Shown here piece by piece: positions 26,101-40,000 of a DNA stretch of 64,000 bases. The stretch covers positions 37,653,967-37,717,966 of the forward strand of contig CM120640.1 of NCBI GenBank assembly GCA_051362555.1, given 5' to 3'. Source of the DNA: Lingula anatina (taxonomy: Eukaryota > Animalia > Brachiopoda). The position numbers were made by a program, and so were the translations under genes. How positions within the stretch are numbered: the first letter of the stretch is position 1; each line of letters opens with the position of its first letter. A model generated the notes under the pieces. It was not told where the DNA came from. It saw only the letters and a program-made list of their open reading frames with translations, and did no database searches.

Positions 26101-27129
26101 ATGAGAACATTATTTACGGTCAGAAAGTTGCAAACCATTTGTTACACATTTTTGGACTTTACATTATAAATGAAAGGTGGTATAAGCAACACCATGATTT
26201 GTCCCTCCATTCTTCCTAGGTTTAATAATTACACGTTGCAATTGCTAAAATGTTTTTTTTTTCAATAGTTATTGTCTCTCGGGAATTGTTTTTTTTTTCA
26301 CATTCCCCATTTAGTAATGTAGTATATTTGAATGTATCGGTCGCTGTTAAATGTCAGAATTTATTTCACAAACGGCTTGTGACAATTTTTTTCAAAACAT
26401 AGCAAAAATGTGTTTTTTCCTCTAAGCAGTAACCGTCGGAATTCTATGTCGTATCAAATGTAGAAAAAGCCATACCATGAAAAAGTTCATAGCACCTTCT
26501 GGTTAAAATGAAACAAAAATAATGGCAGATACATGGAGTTTTGAAAGGGTGTAATATTTTCAAATTCTTGGCAATTCGGAGTATTTTTTGTGACTTTTAA
26601 AATTGTGATATCAGAGTGAGTTTCTTTCGAATTTTCCTGCGGTGGTGTGGGGTGAAACAGCTACTAGATCTGCCGTTGTTTTTGTTTAAAATGATATTAA
26701 AAAAACGGATTGCCATTTTTACCTGAAATAATGTTTAATATTATAACAAGATCAAACATTAGTCAAGTAGTTCATTAGATAGTGTATTTGTCAAATAAAA
26801 CTCAATCGAGTCTTAATGCAGATATCAATATTTTTGTTTTTATAATTCTGAATATGCAAAACTTATTGTGATTTTTATGTTTTAATAATCTTCAACAAAG
26901 TGGATGTTTGAAAGTATGAGAATACATCAATGGTAGTTTTATTTTGCTCGAAATAAAGTACTTTACAATTACATTCCAAATGGCTTATCGTTTTCATTGG
27001 CTCGGCGAACTGTAAGGGTGGTGTTTCGATTCGGGTATCTGGGAACTTTATTTTCTAGAAGGCCTTTTAAAATTTCTCCTTAGTTACTATAAAAGGAAAG
27101 TCTACCAGGGGTGGGTGGGTGGGAACACT

Positions 27130-27350
27130 TAGGAGAGTGGATAGCACGCGCGACTCGGTCCCAGCAAGACCTGGGTTCGAAACCTGGCGCTTCTAGGTCC
27201 CAGCAAATTACCTTTTGCAAAAAAAATCAAAATGAGTAATTTAACTGGCGATAAGAGTGTCCTACGAACTAGAAATGTTAAGCTGAGGTGGTGGCTCAGT
27301 GGATAACGCGGCAGAATAGTAAGCAGGAGAAGTAGGGATCGAGGTGAGCT
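27130..27350 (+). other. Two degenerate tRNA-like segments (SINE-head-like or TE-embedded)
   Basis: A-box-like gtggatagcacgcg with B-box ggttcgaaacc (27130-27190), and gtggctcagtggataacgcg...gggatcga (27288-27350). No complete cloverleaf seen. Confidence 0.4.
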
Positions 27351-27793
27351 GGGGAAAAAGAGATTCTTTTTGCAAATTTTGAACGAAGTAAAGCATGTGT
27401 ATGTTTATTACTGTCAAAATGAATTATTTACAGCACTAAAATTTTTATAACAATTATGAAGATATAACATTTTGTGTTCTAAATTAATATAAATTAAAAT
27501 TTAACAAACAAAAAATGCATTAAATCTGCAAGTAAAACAAGTCGAAGATTGTATGCATTTTGAACATTGTTACGAAAAGACAGAATCCTTTGACTTTTGA
27601 GAAAATAAGTTTAAGATCATAACTGATAATAGACAAAATTGACTTTTCAAACAAATTTTACCTGGCAACTTTTTATGCCTTGTCATTAGTGCCTTATCTT
27701 CATCGAATTCCATCAAAAAAATATCTGTCCAAATTCAGAGGTTGTAACAATTTTAAAAATGCAAATAATCTTCTGTAAACGTCATTCGTGCAC

Positions 27794-27832
<39 letters not shown>

Positions 27833-28181
27833 TGTAAGCAGACTTTGTCCTATGTCGTCTCGTTGATATTTGCACACCCAATCGAACAGAAGCCAAAATT
27901 TCTTCATGTTGTAAGATTCTTGGTTGCTTTGCCAATCGATGTTTTTTTTCAAATTTTGTTTTCTTTGCACTAAGTCCGAAAATAAATATCATACATGGCG
28001 TAACTGTGGATGAAAATTTACATTGGCAAAGCATGGAAATAAGAAACGACATAAAGGCATGGACGGCTTACAAGATTATCCAAGTCTTAGCCAAATTCAG
28101 AATAATATACAAACAAAACTTAAAAGTTTACTCAAAAAATAATTGTACTTGAAGTGACTTTTCACATCCACTTAAAACCGA

Positions 28182-29048
28182 CTCTGGTTCTCGGCGTTCA
28201 ATGATGATACTAAGCAAAAATAACACAACATGGACATGCAGGACTGATATCTAACCTAGCCGGTCTTGCTCAGTCACCCCTTGCTCCCGAATAAAATTAA
28301 AATGAATAAGAATACAGAACAACTGTAATTAGAACGCTCCTGTGAAAGATTTTAGGCATGTTTTTCACTTTAAAAATTAAAACCAAAGAAAGTATTAAGC
28401 TTTACATTCACTTTGGTAGAATATCGAATTTGCCATTTAGAAGAACAAAATACTTTGAAATAACATTTTAGGTGATAATTCCGTAAAATTCTTAAATAAA
28501 TAAATAACTGACCAAACTGTTAGAATGGACTGAAGTGTAACAGATAAAATAGTAAATCATATTATCTAATTTTAAAAAATCTATAATTTTGTTTAAGAAT
28601 TATTAATTGTTCACTCTTTTTGAGCAAAATTGACAAAAGTTGGCGGTCAAAAAATTCATAGAAACCTTTCAGAATATTCATTATCTCCCAAAAATTGGTC
28701 TTTGCCACAGCTCAAGTGATTTTGAAAATATGGAAAGCAAAAGGCTATGATTAATGTCAGTCCTACAGAAACATTTTAATGGACAAACGGTATCTAAATA
28801 AAGTCTATGCCCCCGTTGTTTTTCGACACTTTTGTTTTGTAAATCCTAAACGGCATATAAATCATCCCAATCCTGGGAAATTTTTGTAGCCAACTATAGG
28901 AACAATTTTCTTATCTCCATTCTACTAATGCAATACTAAATTGGTATTTATTTTGGATGACAATTTTTACCCCACCCCATGGTTTAACTTTGTTTCTGGA
29001 AACGGACATTTGGTCCCCGCCCAGTACTGAAAACACCGAGAACCAGAG
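28182..29048. mobile_element. Non-autonomous TIR DNA transposon
   Basis: 17-bp TIR ctctggttctcggcgtt / aacaccgagaaccagag (1 mismatch), apparent 2-bp TSD GA, non-coding AT-rich interior. Confidence 0.6.
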
Positions 29049-29748
29049 GAAGTTTATTCACAGTCACACAGCCATATTCATACATGTTAAAAGATCGATA
29101 TTGTACATGTGGACAATTCTGAAATTACGTGGGCACATTTGCCTTTTACACAATGTTGGAATTTCTAAGGCGTTATACGTTTTATTAACAGTGTATTTTT
29201 TGTAGATTAACATCCCTTCCTCTTTTTCAACTGAACACACGATAAATGTAATTAAAATTTTCCTATACCCTGTATGCATTTTACGTAATGCGGTTGCAAT
29301 GTGTTTCTTTCCCAGAGGTCAACATAATTAATTTAAAATGAATAAGAGTACAACTTCAAGTTCACAGCGAGGTGTCAAATTGCAGATTTGTCCACACGCA
29401 CATTTTCAGTGACAAACAGAAAACATTCTCTTCTTGGAAATTAATCTATGATGTTTTTAAATCAATCACTTTATCATTTTATACACACATTATTTCTGTT
29501 AAATGAGGAGTTTAAATCTAACATTTCAGGTGGTTTGAAAAAAAAAAAAAAAACAGGTATCAACCCCTACCCAAAAGCATGTAAATTACCCTTATAACAC
29601 CATGATCAGATAGAGCACTGTACTACGACATAGTATCATACAATTACCAAAAGAAACAACCGAGCATCATGCAGGTCAGACGCTTAGTATGGATTTAATT
29701 TTTATGAGAAGTTTCATAAAAAGAAAGCTCATTTTATTCGTCTTTTAA

Positions 29749-30146
29749 TTTCCTCCGCCAAGGAGGTTATGTTTTCACCCCAGTTTGTTTGTTTTTCTGT
29801 CTATCTGTCTGTCTGTCATCAACATTATGGAAAGTTATGGACCGATTGTGATGAAATTTTCAGAAACTGTCAGAAGTGGACCAAGGAAGAGATGATTAGT
29901 TTTTGGTGGTGATCCGGATCAATGATAAATCAATAATCAATAATCAAAAAACTAAGTTATGGACCGATTTTGATGAAATATTCAGGAACTGTCAGAAGTG
30001 GGCCAAGGAACAGATGATTAATTTTTGGTGGTGATCCGGATCAATAATCAATCAATAATCAAAAATATCGAAAAATTAGGGGTGACACGGCATTTAATGG
30101 AGACTTTGCTGCCTTGGCGGAGGTCTGCGATCTCTGAGTGCTTTTT
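29749..30146 (+). mobile_element. Helentron-associated non-autonomous element (HINE/DINE-1-like)
   Basis: Sub-terminal IR cctccgccaagg / ccttggcggagg, (CTGT)n microsatellite, two tandem ~120-bp core repeats, 3' end ggtctgcgatctctgagtgc, T-rich flanks. Confidence 0.8.
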
Positions 30147-31479
30147 TAGTTTAATATACGTTTTGGAGCAGAATGTTACAAGCAAAAGCAAACATAAAAT
30201 TCCGTACTAAATGTCGTCCCTGCATATAAACGAACAGACAAACGTCGGCATAGGAGGCTATCTTGGCATGGGCGTGGGGCTGTATATGCTGAACACGAAA
30301 CGTGTCTTTGAGTAGGACGCTTCTGGTATCTTCGAAAACGGTACTTGGAGTCACTGGAATTAAAGGAATAAATCCGTATACATAAAACAATGTCTAAAGA
30401 TCTGATAAAGCATTACATGCTCATTACAGCAGTTCGTGTCAGTATCTTTTGCGTTATAATTAATAAATCGCAATTAAGCTTTTAAATTATACAAATATAA
30501 TATACAGTGTATATATATCTAAATATATCTTCATATTGAACCCTCATGGAAAGTTAATGGTATCAGAAACAAAAGGGTGCCCAAAAGGCACTGAAGGAAA
30601 GCTAGGAGAAAGTATACTTCTCGTCAGTTAGATGTCCCCATGGTCATTATGCCTAGAGTGCACCATTTTGGGAAAATATCGTCAATGCAAAACTAAGAAA
30701 TGTTACCATACATTTTCTATCATCTGTACCGAACTTACGAGGTACTGCTGCCGGTTTCAGTGCCATCTTTTCGGTCAACATGTGGCAATATCAGGAATAT
30801 GGCATGGGACATCCTTCTTCTCCATCTTCTACTGACCTTGGTCCTATCTGAGTACCTCTCACCTAAACGCTCACCTGATTTACATAATAATGAAGAGGTC
30901 ACCTACTTTCCGTGCGGACGCTTCGGTCTGAATTATCATCTGGTTGATGAGAAGGCACAATAAGTGTCCGTCTCAAAAAGAGGATAAGGTGTTGGTTCAG
31001 TCACAATTACAAGCACACACACACACACGACAAAATTAATTTTAATCTATAAAATATAAATACATTTTCAAAGCCTCCATACCGGGTTCTTGATATTGCG
31101 TGACTGGACATATGAATCCGCTTTCATGGGTTAAATGAACGAACTGGGGCTGGATTGTGATAGTAATGACATAATTTTCATCCAATCTTACGCGTAACCG
31201 TAAGGTTGTTGATATTTCTTCTTTTTTCTTCTTACTTTTTGAAACACAAATGGACACTTTTAAAGAAAGCGCTCAAGTTTCATACTTGAATCGCCTTGTG
31301 TAAAGCCATAGGTAATTTTCCATAAATAAATTCTACAGAATTAATTGTTTATGCACGAATAAAACACAACTTTTTAAACTGAGCAAAATAACTTAAAGAA
31401 TTGGTCTATATTTGTATTATGTCAATTTTCTCTTGTTTAGAAAATTCCGAAAGAAAATGTTCGGCGCATTGTTTCATTA

Positions 31480-31910
31480 AATCACTTTCACTCACCGTTC
31501 AAAGCATAAAACTAACTGAGCGAAATCCATGAAGAAAATCTACAACATGTTGTGTAAAAATCAGGTCGAGCTATTATTAATTTATAACGTAGGATATTTT
31601 ATCGTAGGCAACAATCGGCGGCCGTCACCGCACGGCGGAGAGACGCCGTACTATTCAGCACAGCTTCCGCGTTGAAAGTTACCTGGTCGAGGTATACGCT
31701 AATCACCAGTCGTCTCTACGTCTGTCCACTCTTGTTTCCCTCAGTAAAAACGTTTCTATATTAAAAAAAGGACACTAATTTCTGTGCATCAGAATAGTTT
31801 TTGAAAAATTCAGTGAAATTAAAATTAATACTTCAAACAACAAAGGGAGACCCCAGGGGCCCATTTCCCCCTCCTCATGCTCATCCCCCATCCCCTACCC
31901 CCAACATTTC
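31480..31910 (-). repeat. Inverted second copy of the 22.2-23.2 kb modular repeat family
   Basis: The reverse complement matches the 96-bp unit (tattcagcacagcttccgcg...acgctaatc), the ttttcaaaaaac..ttctg..agaaa.tagtgtc motif and the gggtctccctttgttgtttg block. Confidence 0.7.
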
Positions 31911-32072
31911 AACAATTACGAACTTTATTCGTTATTATATAAGAAAAGCAAAACTCAACTTGATCATTATAATTTATTCTCATAACTAATCTAGATTGTT
32001 ATTGTCAAGGTATTGCCATCTATCATTTTTATGCTGTGGAAATACCTGCGAAGGTAAGAAACGTTAATTGGT

Positions 32073-32114
<42 letters not shown>

Positions 32115-33230
32115 GAAAAACAGGAAGCCTGAGAGAATGTCATAACATCTATAAAGATGAATGCTTTCCAAAGAATTTCTTAAGAATGGTAAAATGTGTG
32201 TACATAACTAACAAGAAGGTATACATATCCTTAGTTAATACAAATATATGTATACATGGTTATTTCTCAGAATATCTGTCGTAATACTGGTTTTTAGTAG
32301 GGTGTAATTGCATTAACTGCATTAATTACTTTAATCTTCCAACTATAATCACTCCTTGGGTAACTATGTAAATGTGTTCTGTTTCCATTTACTTTATTTC
32401 CATTTTCACTAAGTTTATATATGGCTAGCCTGAGAACAAGTGTGTCTGAATTTCTGCAAAAGTTTCATCGTGAACACTGTAACTGGAATAGTCTATTAAC
32501 ATAACAACCCCCGACATGAACTATACATGTAATTGTGAGCTTTATGGGCACGTTTAAAGTGCAGGCTGCCCTTTAAGAGAAAAAAAATGAAACCACTCAT
32601 GATACTATTGTAACGTTACCTAAATTAAACTAACAAGCACATTGTTTGCATTAATAGATCATTGTGGTCTCCAGGCATAAGCAACTTAACACCAGTAAGG
32701 AGCCGATTGTTTTGACACTGGAATATTTTAAAATATGATCATGCTTATACATGTACATGTAGAACCATCATCATATACATGTATTTTCGATCTACGTAAT
32801 TCCACATTCATACGCTCTTGAATAAATTGTGCTATAATAATTGTCAATTCTGCATAGTTTTAAAATATGTCATACCATTATAAAATACCTAACGGATTAA
32901 TTGACTATATTGATGTGATTTTATCAAAAGCTTTTAAAACAGGGAAATAAAGTCGTTTCTTAATTCCTAAGTTATACATATTACGCTGTTATCGGGGAAC
33001 AAATACTATGACAATATTTTATGTGAGTCAGTGATTTCCCGCCTCCCCTCCCTATAAAGTAGCAGGCACACAGGCAAAGGCCAGGGGGGTCAGAAACGTC
33101 TTATTAAACCCCTGATAAAAGACACTGATGGCAGAAACAAATAATGTACTTTTATCATAAGAATTGCACTAGTGTGTAACAGTCTTTGCTCTCCATCTCG
33201 ATGAAGGCCGTAAAGGTTACGTCTTCAATC

Positions 33231-36200
33231 CTACATCTGGAAGTTGGCGTACGTGTCGAACCTGTGGGCGTATTCTTCAACCACTTCATAGCAAAAATAG
33301 TATTGCTCCTACAAGATAAATATAATTCATGTACCTGTACTGTATATTGACATCATTTATACAGTGTATGCGAATATAAAAATGGTGGGTTTAAAGAGGA
33401 TGGGAGTAAATACGTTAATTCAAAGTGTTATGTATATATTGTCAAGTACGTAACTATATATCGGAACGTCATCTGAATATTCACGGTGTAACACCTGGCA
33501 AATTTCTACATAGCTGAACATTTAATCAAACTATTAAGTTCTGCCCTGTATTGCCAATGGCTAATAAGAGTAGGCTGTAAGGTGCTGCCCCCTATTGCTG
33601 ATAGGAAGTATTGAGAAGCATATGATTTTCTTCTGATTGTTTTTAATGAGATTTCTTGAGGGGGTTTAAATTTCCTAGCCAGAAAGCACAGCACATTCCT
33701 TTGTTCAGTTCTTGTGAAGAAGAAAACGTGTTTTGATGATCCCAGAAGTTGTTCAAGCCTAGTGTATATCTTTTAAGAACCCTGTCCAACCAGGAATGTG
33801 AGTAAAATTGTTTTTAATGCCATTTTTTTGTAACTAGAAAGAAATTAAGATGCGCTTGTTTTTGGCTTGTTTTTCAGTTTAACGCTTACTGAGAAGCAGT
33901 TTGACCACATTAATTTTAATCGATTCATCTACACTGTACTAGTTCTTTGCTGTGGAATTTAATGGTTTTTTTATGACACACCTTGTCGTGTGCAGTAGAA
34001 TTGTTATCAGTAAAACATGTTTAAGGTTCAATCAAATAGTCTGAAGGAGTAATGCGCTTCATGCTTTCTCTACTGTCTCATGTTACACAAATTGTGCTAG
34101 TTGTCTCAAAGATGTTGGGTGCCTAAATTGTGCTGTATTGTGCTAGTGCAGATTTCTCAATTACAGCATTCTAGATTATTCCCATTGTAATTATTGCATT
34201 AAAGCAGTTAAGTATTTTATTTATTTATTTATTTATTCAGTTTAAACCGTCGTTGATTGACGATTATTATATAACTGGTAAAGACAGAGAGGAGAATAAA
34301 CATCATATATTATTCCAACTATTCCTTTTCTAACACTACGGGTGTTACACACGGTCTCAACTTTTAGTGAATATCAACCCAAACAGATATACGTGACAAA
34401 TATTACACTGTTCTAACGCTGTGCATGCATGTTACCTTGCTATCGACCAGCTGTGGTCTGTTTTGTCTGACAGCCTTCACCGCGTGGAAAACATCAACTT
34501 CCTGCTCCACTTTCAGCTTGTCCAATATGCGAGCCACGGCGCAGAACAACCCGCTCTGGTGGGCTCCGTTCCTTTAATATTGAAAAAGATAAGATGACTT
34601 TTGGTATGATCGTGCATTACATTCAACAGATTAGAAAATAAATACCAATAGATGTTGTAAGGTTTTTCAAAAGAAGAATAGGTGGCAATGAAGGAACATA
34701 TTTGTAATTGTCCATATTCAATCAATTTACATTTAATTATAAGATACGGTTTTCGGTTTCAAAAAAGATAATCAGCAAATAGGCAGGTGTAAGTTAGAGG
34801 AAAGAGGGGTTAGTCCGCCCCAGCGCAATTCCACAGTGCGAACTCAATTAAATTTACTGTGAAAATAATTACTGCTGACTTCAGTGACTTATAACACAAT
34901 TAAGGTTTATAAATGAACTTTCTTCTGAAAATTGGGCGGACTAGCTGTCTGTGCGTACGTTCAACTTACATGCAGTGAACAGTTATGGGAGTGTTTCCAC
35001 TTCTCTTTTGCCATTGTTGAACTGCGTCAAACAGCTCAAGAAACGCACGCGGTGATGGCGGCACTGGTTCTGATGTCATCCAGTCATGAAACTGGAATTG
35101 GCAGACGGTTCTTGAAGGATCCGAGTGCTAGAAATTTAAATAATAATAATCACAGTATTATTGTGAGTGAATGGTTTGTTCTGTTTACCGATCAATTTTT
35201 GAAATGACTGTTTAAATAAGGATAAGTTACTATTCATATGACACATTTTGCTTGATTATCCAAAAATACATCCAAATATAATATTTTGAAATATTAATTT
35301 ATTGGTTAATAAATTGTAAAATTTTATTGAGAATGCGACCAGGATCAACAAGCATAAAATCTACTCGTACATTTTTCCTTAACAAAATGAAAAGTTTGCA
35401 GCAAATTTGCCATAAATTTGATGAAAACTAGATAATTTGCACGAAACTGTTTGCAATTTGTTGCAGAAAAATTGTTGCTGCAAACTTGCAGGAGCATCTA
35501 AAATTAGCGGCAAGTGTGCAAACGTCTGCATATCCTATTAAATTTAAAGCACATCTAGTATATCTCGTTTGAATACTAAAATTCCTTCTTGCGAATTTAC
35601 AGCTAATTTTCGCAAACAATTTGCAAGAAGCCTCAAATTTTGCTAAGGGTTATGAAAAAGGCACTTACTCTCTTTGAATTAACCAACTTCAACTCCTTGA
35701 TGGTGATAGATTCCCCAATCTGACGTGTAGAAATCACTTCCACAGTGAAATGCCCGTGAGTAGTCATCTCTTCCGCCGGCCAGTACACGGCATTTGTCTG
35801 GGGAAAAAGCCAATGTAGCTGTCAGGTATGTTATCGGGCAGTGGGGAATAAATGTGTAAAGTATAAAACAGACTTTCTCTTTTACTCTAACTTTCAGGTG
35901 CCTGTGCAAAAATTTATTTTATTTATTTATTTTATTTTATCCTTTTTTTAATCTCATTAAGTTCTATTCGCATATCCTAAATTATATATCAATATTTTAA
36001 TTTGTAAATTAGTAAATTTTATTCTTACTCCATTTTATGTATAAATTCAACCTTTTGGTTGCCATGTCTCAATAAACGTACCTACTACTAATAGACGGTT
36101 TGTCTCAAAAGAGCCGTAATTGGATCTAAACCATCTAAAATCAACTTTAGCAAAAAATTTACTGTTGAGTAGAATACACCGATATCTAAATTCGTGCGAT

Positions 36201-37096
36201 TATTTATTTTTTCTTACCTTGCTATCTTCGTTCCCTTCATTCAGCATAACTATAGTCGCACATTGCTGGTCATACAACATACTCCAGAAGTCAACGATCG
36301 TATCAGGCAGAGGCATCTGCGTCACGATATAGGCATCTCGGCGTTCGTAACCCTACAAAATGTAGATTTATTTCATACTTGAAAGGTTCAATAAAATGAT
36401 CATAAAATTAATGTGTCCAAGTTTAAAAACAATATCTTACTGTACAATAATGACACCAACATATTTTTGTTACCTTTAAAACAGACAAATTAAAAAACAC
36501 AGTATGAATCGATCTTGACAATCGAAAAGAAACAATACTCACATATACGTCACCAAAGCTTGTGAGGAAGAGTTACACTGTATAGTGTGTCATGAGTAAA
36601 TGAAATATAATTACATGAGTAAACATTAAACGATTATCATTTCCTTAATAAATCTTAAAACTTACGTCTATGAACACCGCATTAATGTAGTCGGTGCTCT
36701 CCTTGGCGTGTGATACAAGGTACGGTCTGCAGTGGTTACCTAAAAAACACAGTATACATTATTTTCCTGTTCACATAGAACACTATCTCACGAAAGCTTT
36801 AATTAGTTTCTTACTAAGACTAGTGATTAAAAATAGCACACACACACATACGTTGCAGCATCTGAAGGGTAAAGGGTAAAAGACATGACCAAACATACTA
36901 TACCTTCTTTAAAAATAAGTAAACGAGTATGCAAATAACAGGATAATTGAGAAAATTTGTGAAAGTACAACTGAAGGGGTTTTGTGAATATGCTACCTGC
37001 TACAATATTCCTCATTCTATTCTTCTCAATGTTGATAGGTTCCAAGGCCGTCTTGATGGAGCTTTCTTCTATTTCAGGCAACATAAGGTTCAGTAT
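33231..37096 (-). CDS. RPTP A: D2 pseudophosphatase domain and C-terminal tail exons
   Basis: [72 protein letters not shown]...FDTYANFQM*. Confidence 0.92.
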
Positions 37097-40000
37097 CTGC
37101 TCGGCAGAAAAAAATAATTAGGCACACATTAATAATGATAATTATTAATGACAACAACAACAGCTACTACAAAAACAATAACAATAATAATTGCAATAAT
37201 AATAATATGTATTTGGGTCATGAATGGTTAATGATGTCTCCTAGGTGGTGGCTCAATGTATAAAAACATCGCATGTATTTAAAACTTTTGAAAGCATTGA
37301 AAAATTATTTAAACGATCACCGAGCGCTGCCCCCCATCAAGGCAACTACGTGTAGATTCCCATTACTCTTTATTAATTAATAATAAAATCATAGATATAG
37401 AGTCAACTTATTTGATTGCATCAGTGGCATACCGATAACAAGGATGAAATAGTACAGGTGGCACTGTTATTGATTGTGCTAGTTGTTCGATACAGTGGGC
37501 AGAAGTAGTAAAAATGGGATAGTAGTAAATTACACACGTTGCATCAGTCTCGACTAAGTATTTCATATTCATAAGAAGTCAAAGGGGTGGAGCTAATTGC
37601 GCATGCATGACAGGACGGATTGACAAAAATACGAAGCTTGTGCAACGCTGCATTTTACTTTAAAAAAATACACGTAGGGTGGATGGTGATAAGGATCAAC
37701 ACCAAAATCTTATCATTTTTAAGTTGGTCTACTTGTGACCTTTCCTGATTTTTTCATCAAAACCCATCTACTATTTTTTGGGGGGGTTACACTAGTGACG
37801 AACAGACAATTAGACAAACGGTGATGAAATCATGACCTTGGCGGAGGTAACATACAACGAAAATAAATTTTGTTCACGGCCTACCTCAAACTCTTCTTCC
37901 ATTTTGGTTAGTCCCGACTTATTTCTTTGTCTCAGTTTCCGCAGACGAGTGGCAAAGTCTTGCACTGGTATAGAGGTTAAACCACAATGCAGTTCTTCCA
38001 ACATCACGTCATGGATGAAGTAATATTGCTCCTGTAACAAAAACACCATTCAAATACAATATATATACAAATGATGATTGACTCTCATTTTTTACCAATG
38101 AATGCAGTCTTTCAAGCCTCTCTATTATTCATTTATTAATTGCACTAACCAATGTTGGACCCTAGCCTCGCCTTATATATTATCGTTACACATAACACAT
38201 TTAAGACGACCAAAAGTCCAACTGATATAGGTAACCCATTGTTTAACCCCTGTTCAAGGTTTTGAGATTTTTAATTCGCACACTAGCATTCTACGATGTA
38301 GCTCTATACCGTTGTCTGCACCATCTTCGGTCGCGATGCTCGCATTCCTTGGATGAGTTGATAAATGTCGATCTTTCCTTCAGCATGCGATTGATCAAAC
38401 AGGTAGTCCAGTGCAATGAAGGTTCCGGTCCTACCAACCCCAGCACTTAAATGTAACGGAGACACATTTCGATCAGTAATTCAATATTGATTTGTTAATT
38501 GCTACGTAAGAATTACTGGACAACCCGACACCCATTATGGTCTCAGCTGTCGTGAAGAATACAATGATGTAAAATCTCTTGTAGAATGTTGTAAAAATAA
38601 ACCAAATACAAAGTTAAAGATTCTTGTTGATTAACATTAATTTGTGCGAGTGAAATTAAGAAAGTCCTGTTTTACCTGCAGTGTACAATGATAGGTCCTT
38701 GGTCATGAACCTGATTTTGGTATTTCTTAACTTCCTCTCGGAATTTTATCAACGCTGTTGAATCAATAGGCACACCATGATCAGGCCAACCGGTAAAATG
38801 GAACTGTTTAACAGTACGTACTTCTAGTTCTCCAACCTTCAAGAAAACATCAAGGCTTTGATATATTTACGGGAAAATCAGAGGAGTATTCACATTATTA
38901 CCCTTTAGGCAAATTTTCAATTAAACTATAGATAAAACACGTGAGGCATAACAGCTTTAGGTGGTTTAATATGACATGTGGGCGAGTTACAGTAATCTTG
39001 CTTACCTTACAATACTTCAGATTTCGGACAAAATAGTCCTGTCCATGAACTTCATCCTGCATAGTCACTTCTATTTCACCGAACTGTTTCACTCCTTCGT
39101 CTGCCCAGTACTGTTCACATTTTTGCTTAATTGAGAAAGCACTATTATTTACATATGTTCTAGGTTTTCGCCCAAAATGATAGCTCAAGGTATGCAATAC
39201 ATGGAGAAAGTCATTCTTAACCGCGTAACTTTGAAGCGTTTGGTAAGTTCGACTCTAGCAATTGTATTTTAACATCTACCAAGTACACTGTACTTCATAT
39301 CTAGCAGACACTTCTAAATGCACCATTTCATCTAACTTATAATAATAATAATTCTTTGGTGACTGGCATACCTTGCCCATTTCCACAGTTTTCGTCACCA
39401 TTACAATTTGTGGTGAGTTCACTTGCCATATCATCCTCCAAAAGTCTTTCACGGTATTCGGTTTAGGACCTACATGTAAACCGGAAAATGTGCAGCTTCT
39501 TAAGTACATTTAATAATGAGACCATTCAGCACGTTTCATATTTGCCTTTACAAGTAAGGGATTAGGAAAATAACACCTCGAAAGTGTGTGTTTGTGAGTC
39601 CGTCCGCTTGCTTGTGTGTGTTTGTATTTATATGTATATTTCAAAATACAAAATTTACCTTGTGCGGCAATAAATGCACGTGGTCTCTTATATCCCTGAA
39701 ATTAGAAAGTGCACATTTGGCTTCTAGCTCAGTTGTAAACGAAACTATTATACCTTTTGTCGAATTCTAGGCTTTTGGTCAGTACTATGCTCTATTCTAC
39801 ACAATACTCTTGTGTTTAATACAAGGGTTTTATAAGTCACATGGTCGGTACCGGGATGTTTATTACATCATTCCTGACGACTGACGTTTAAGGAAATAAA
39901 ATAATAAAATTAAACCTCATTGAGTTAATTTTTTGTTGTTAATGTCGTGTGTCATTTGGGTATTTGAAAGAACCAAAAGCATGGCGATGTTTAATAACAG

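Noticed and set aside
30632-30963. Overlapping ORFs or possible exon
   Set aside because: No coherent splice model or recognisable protein motif on either strand.
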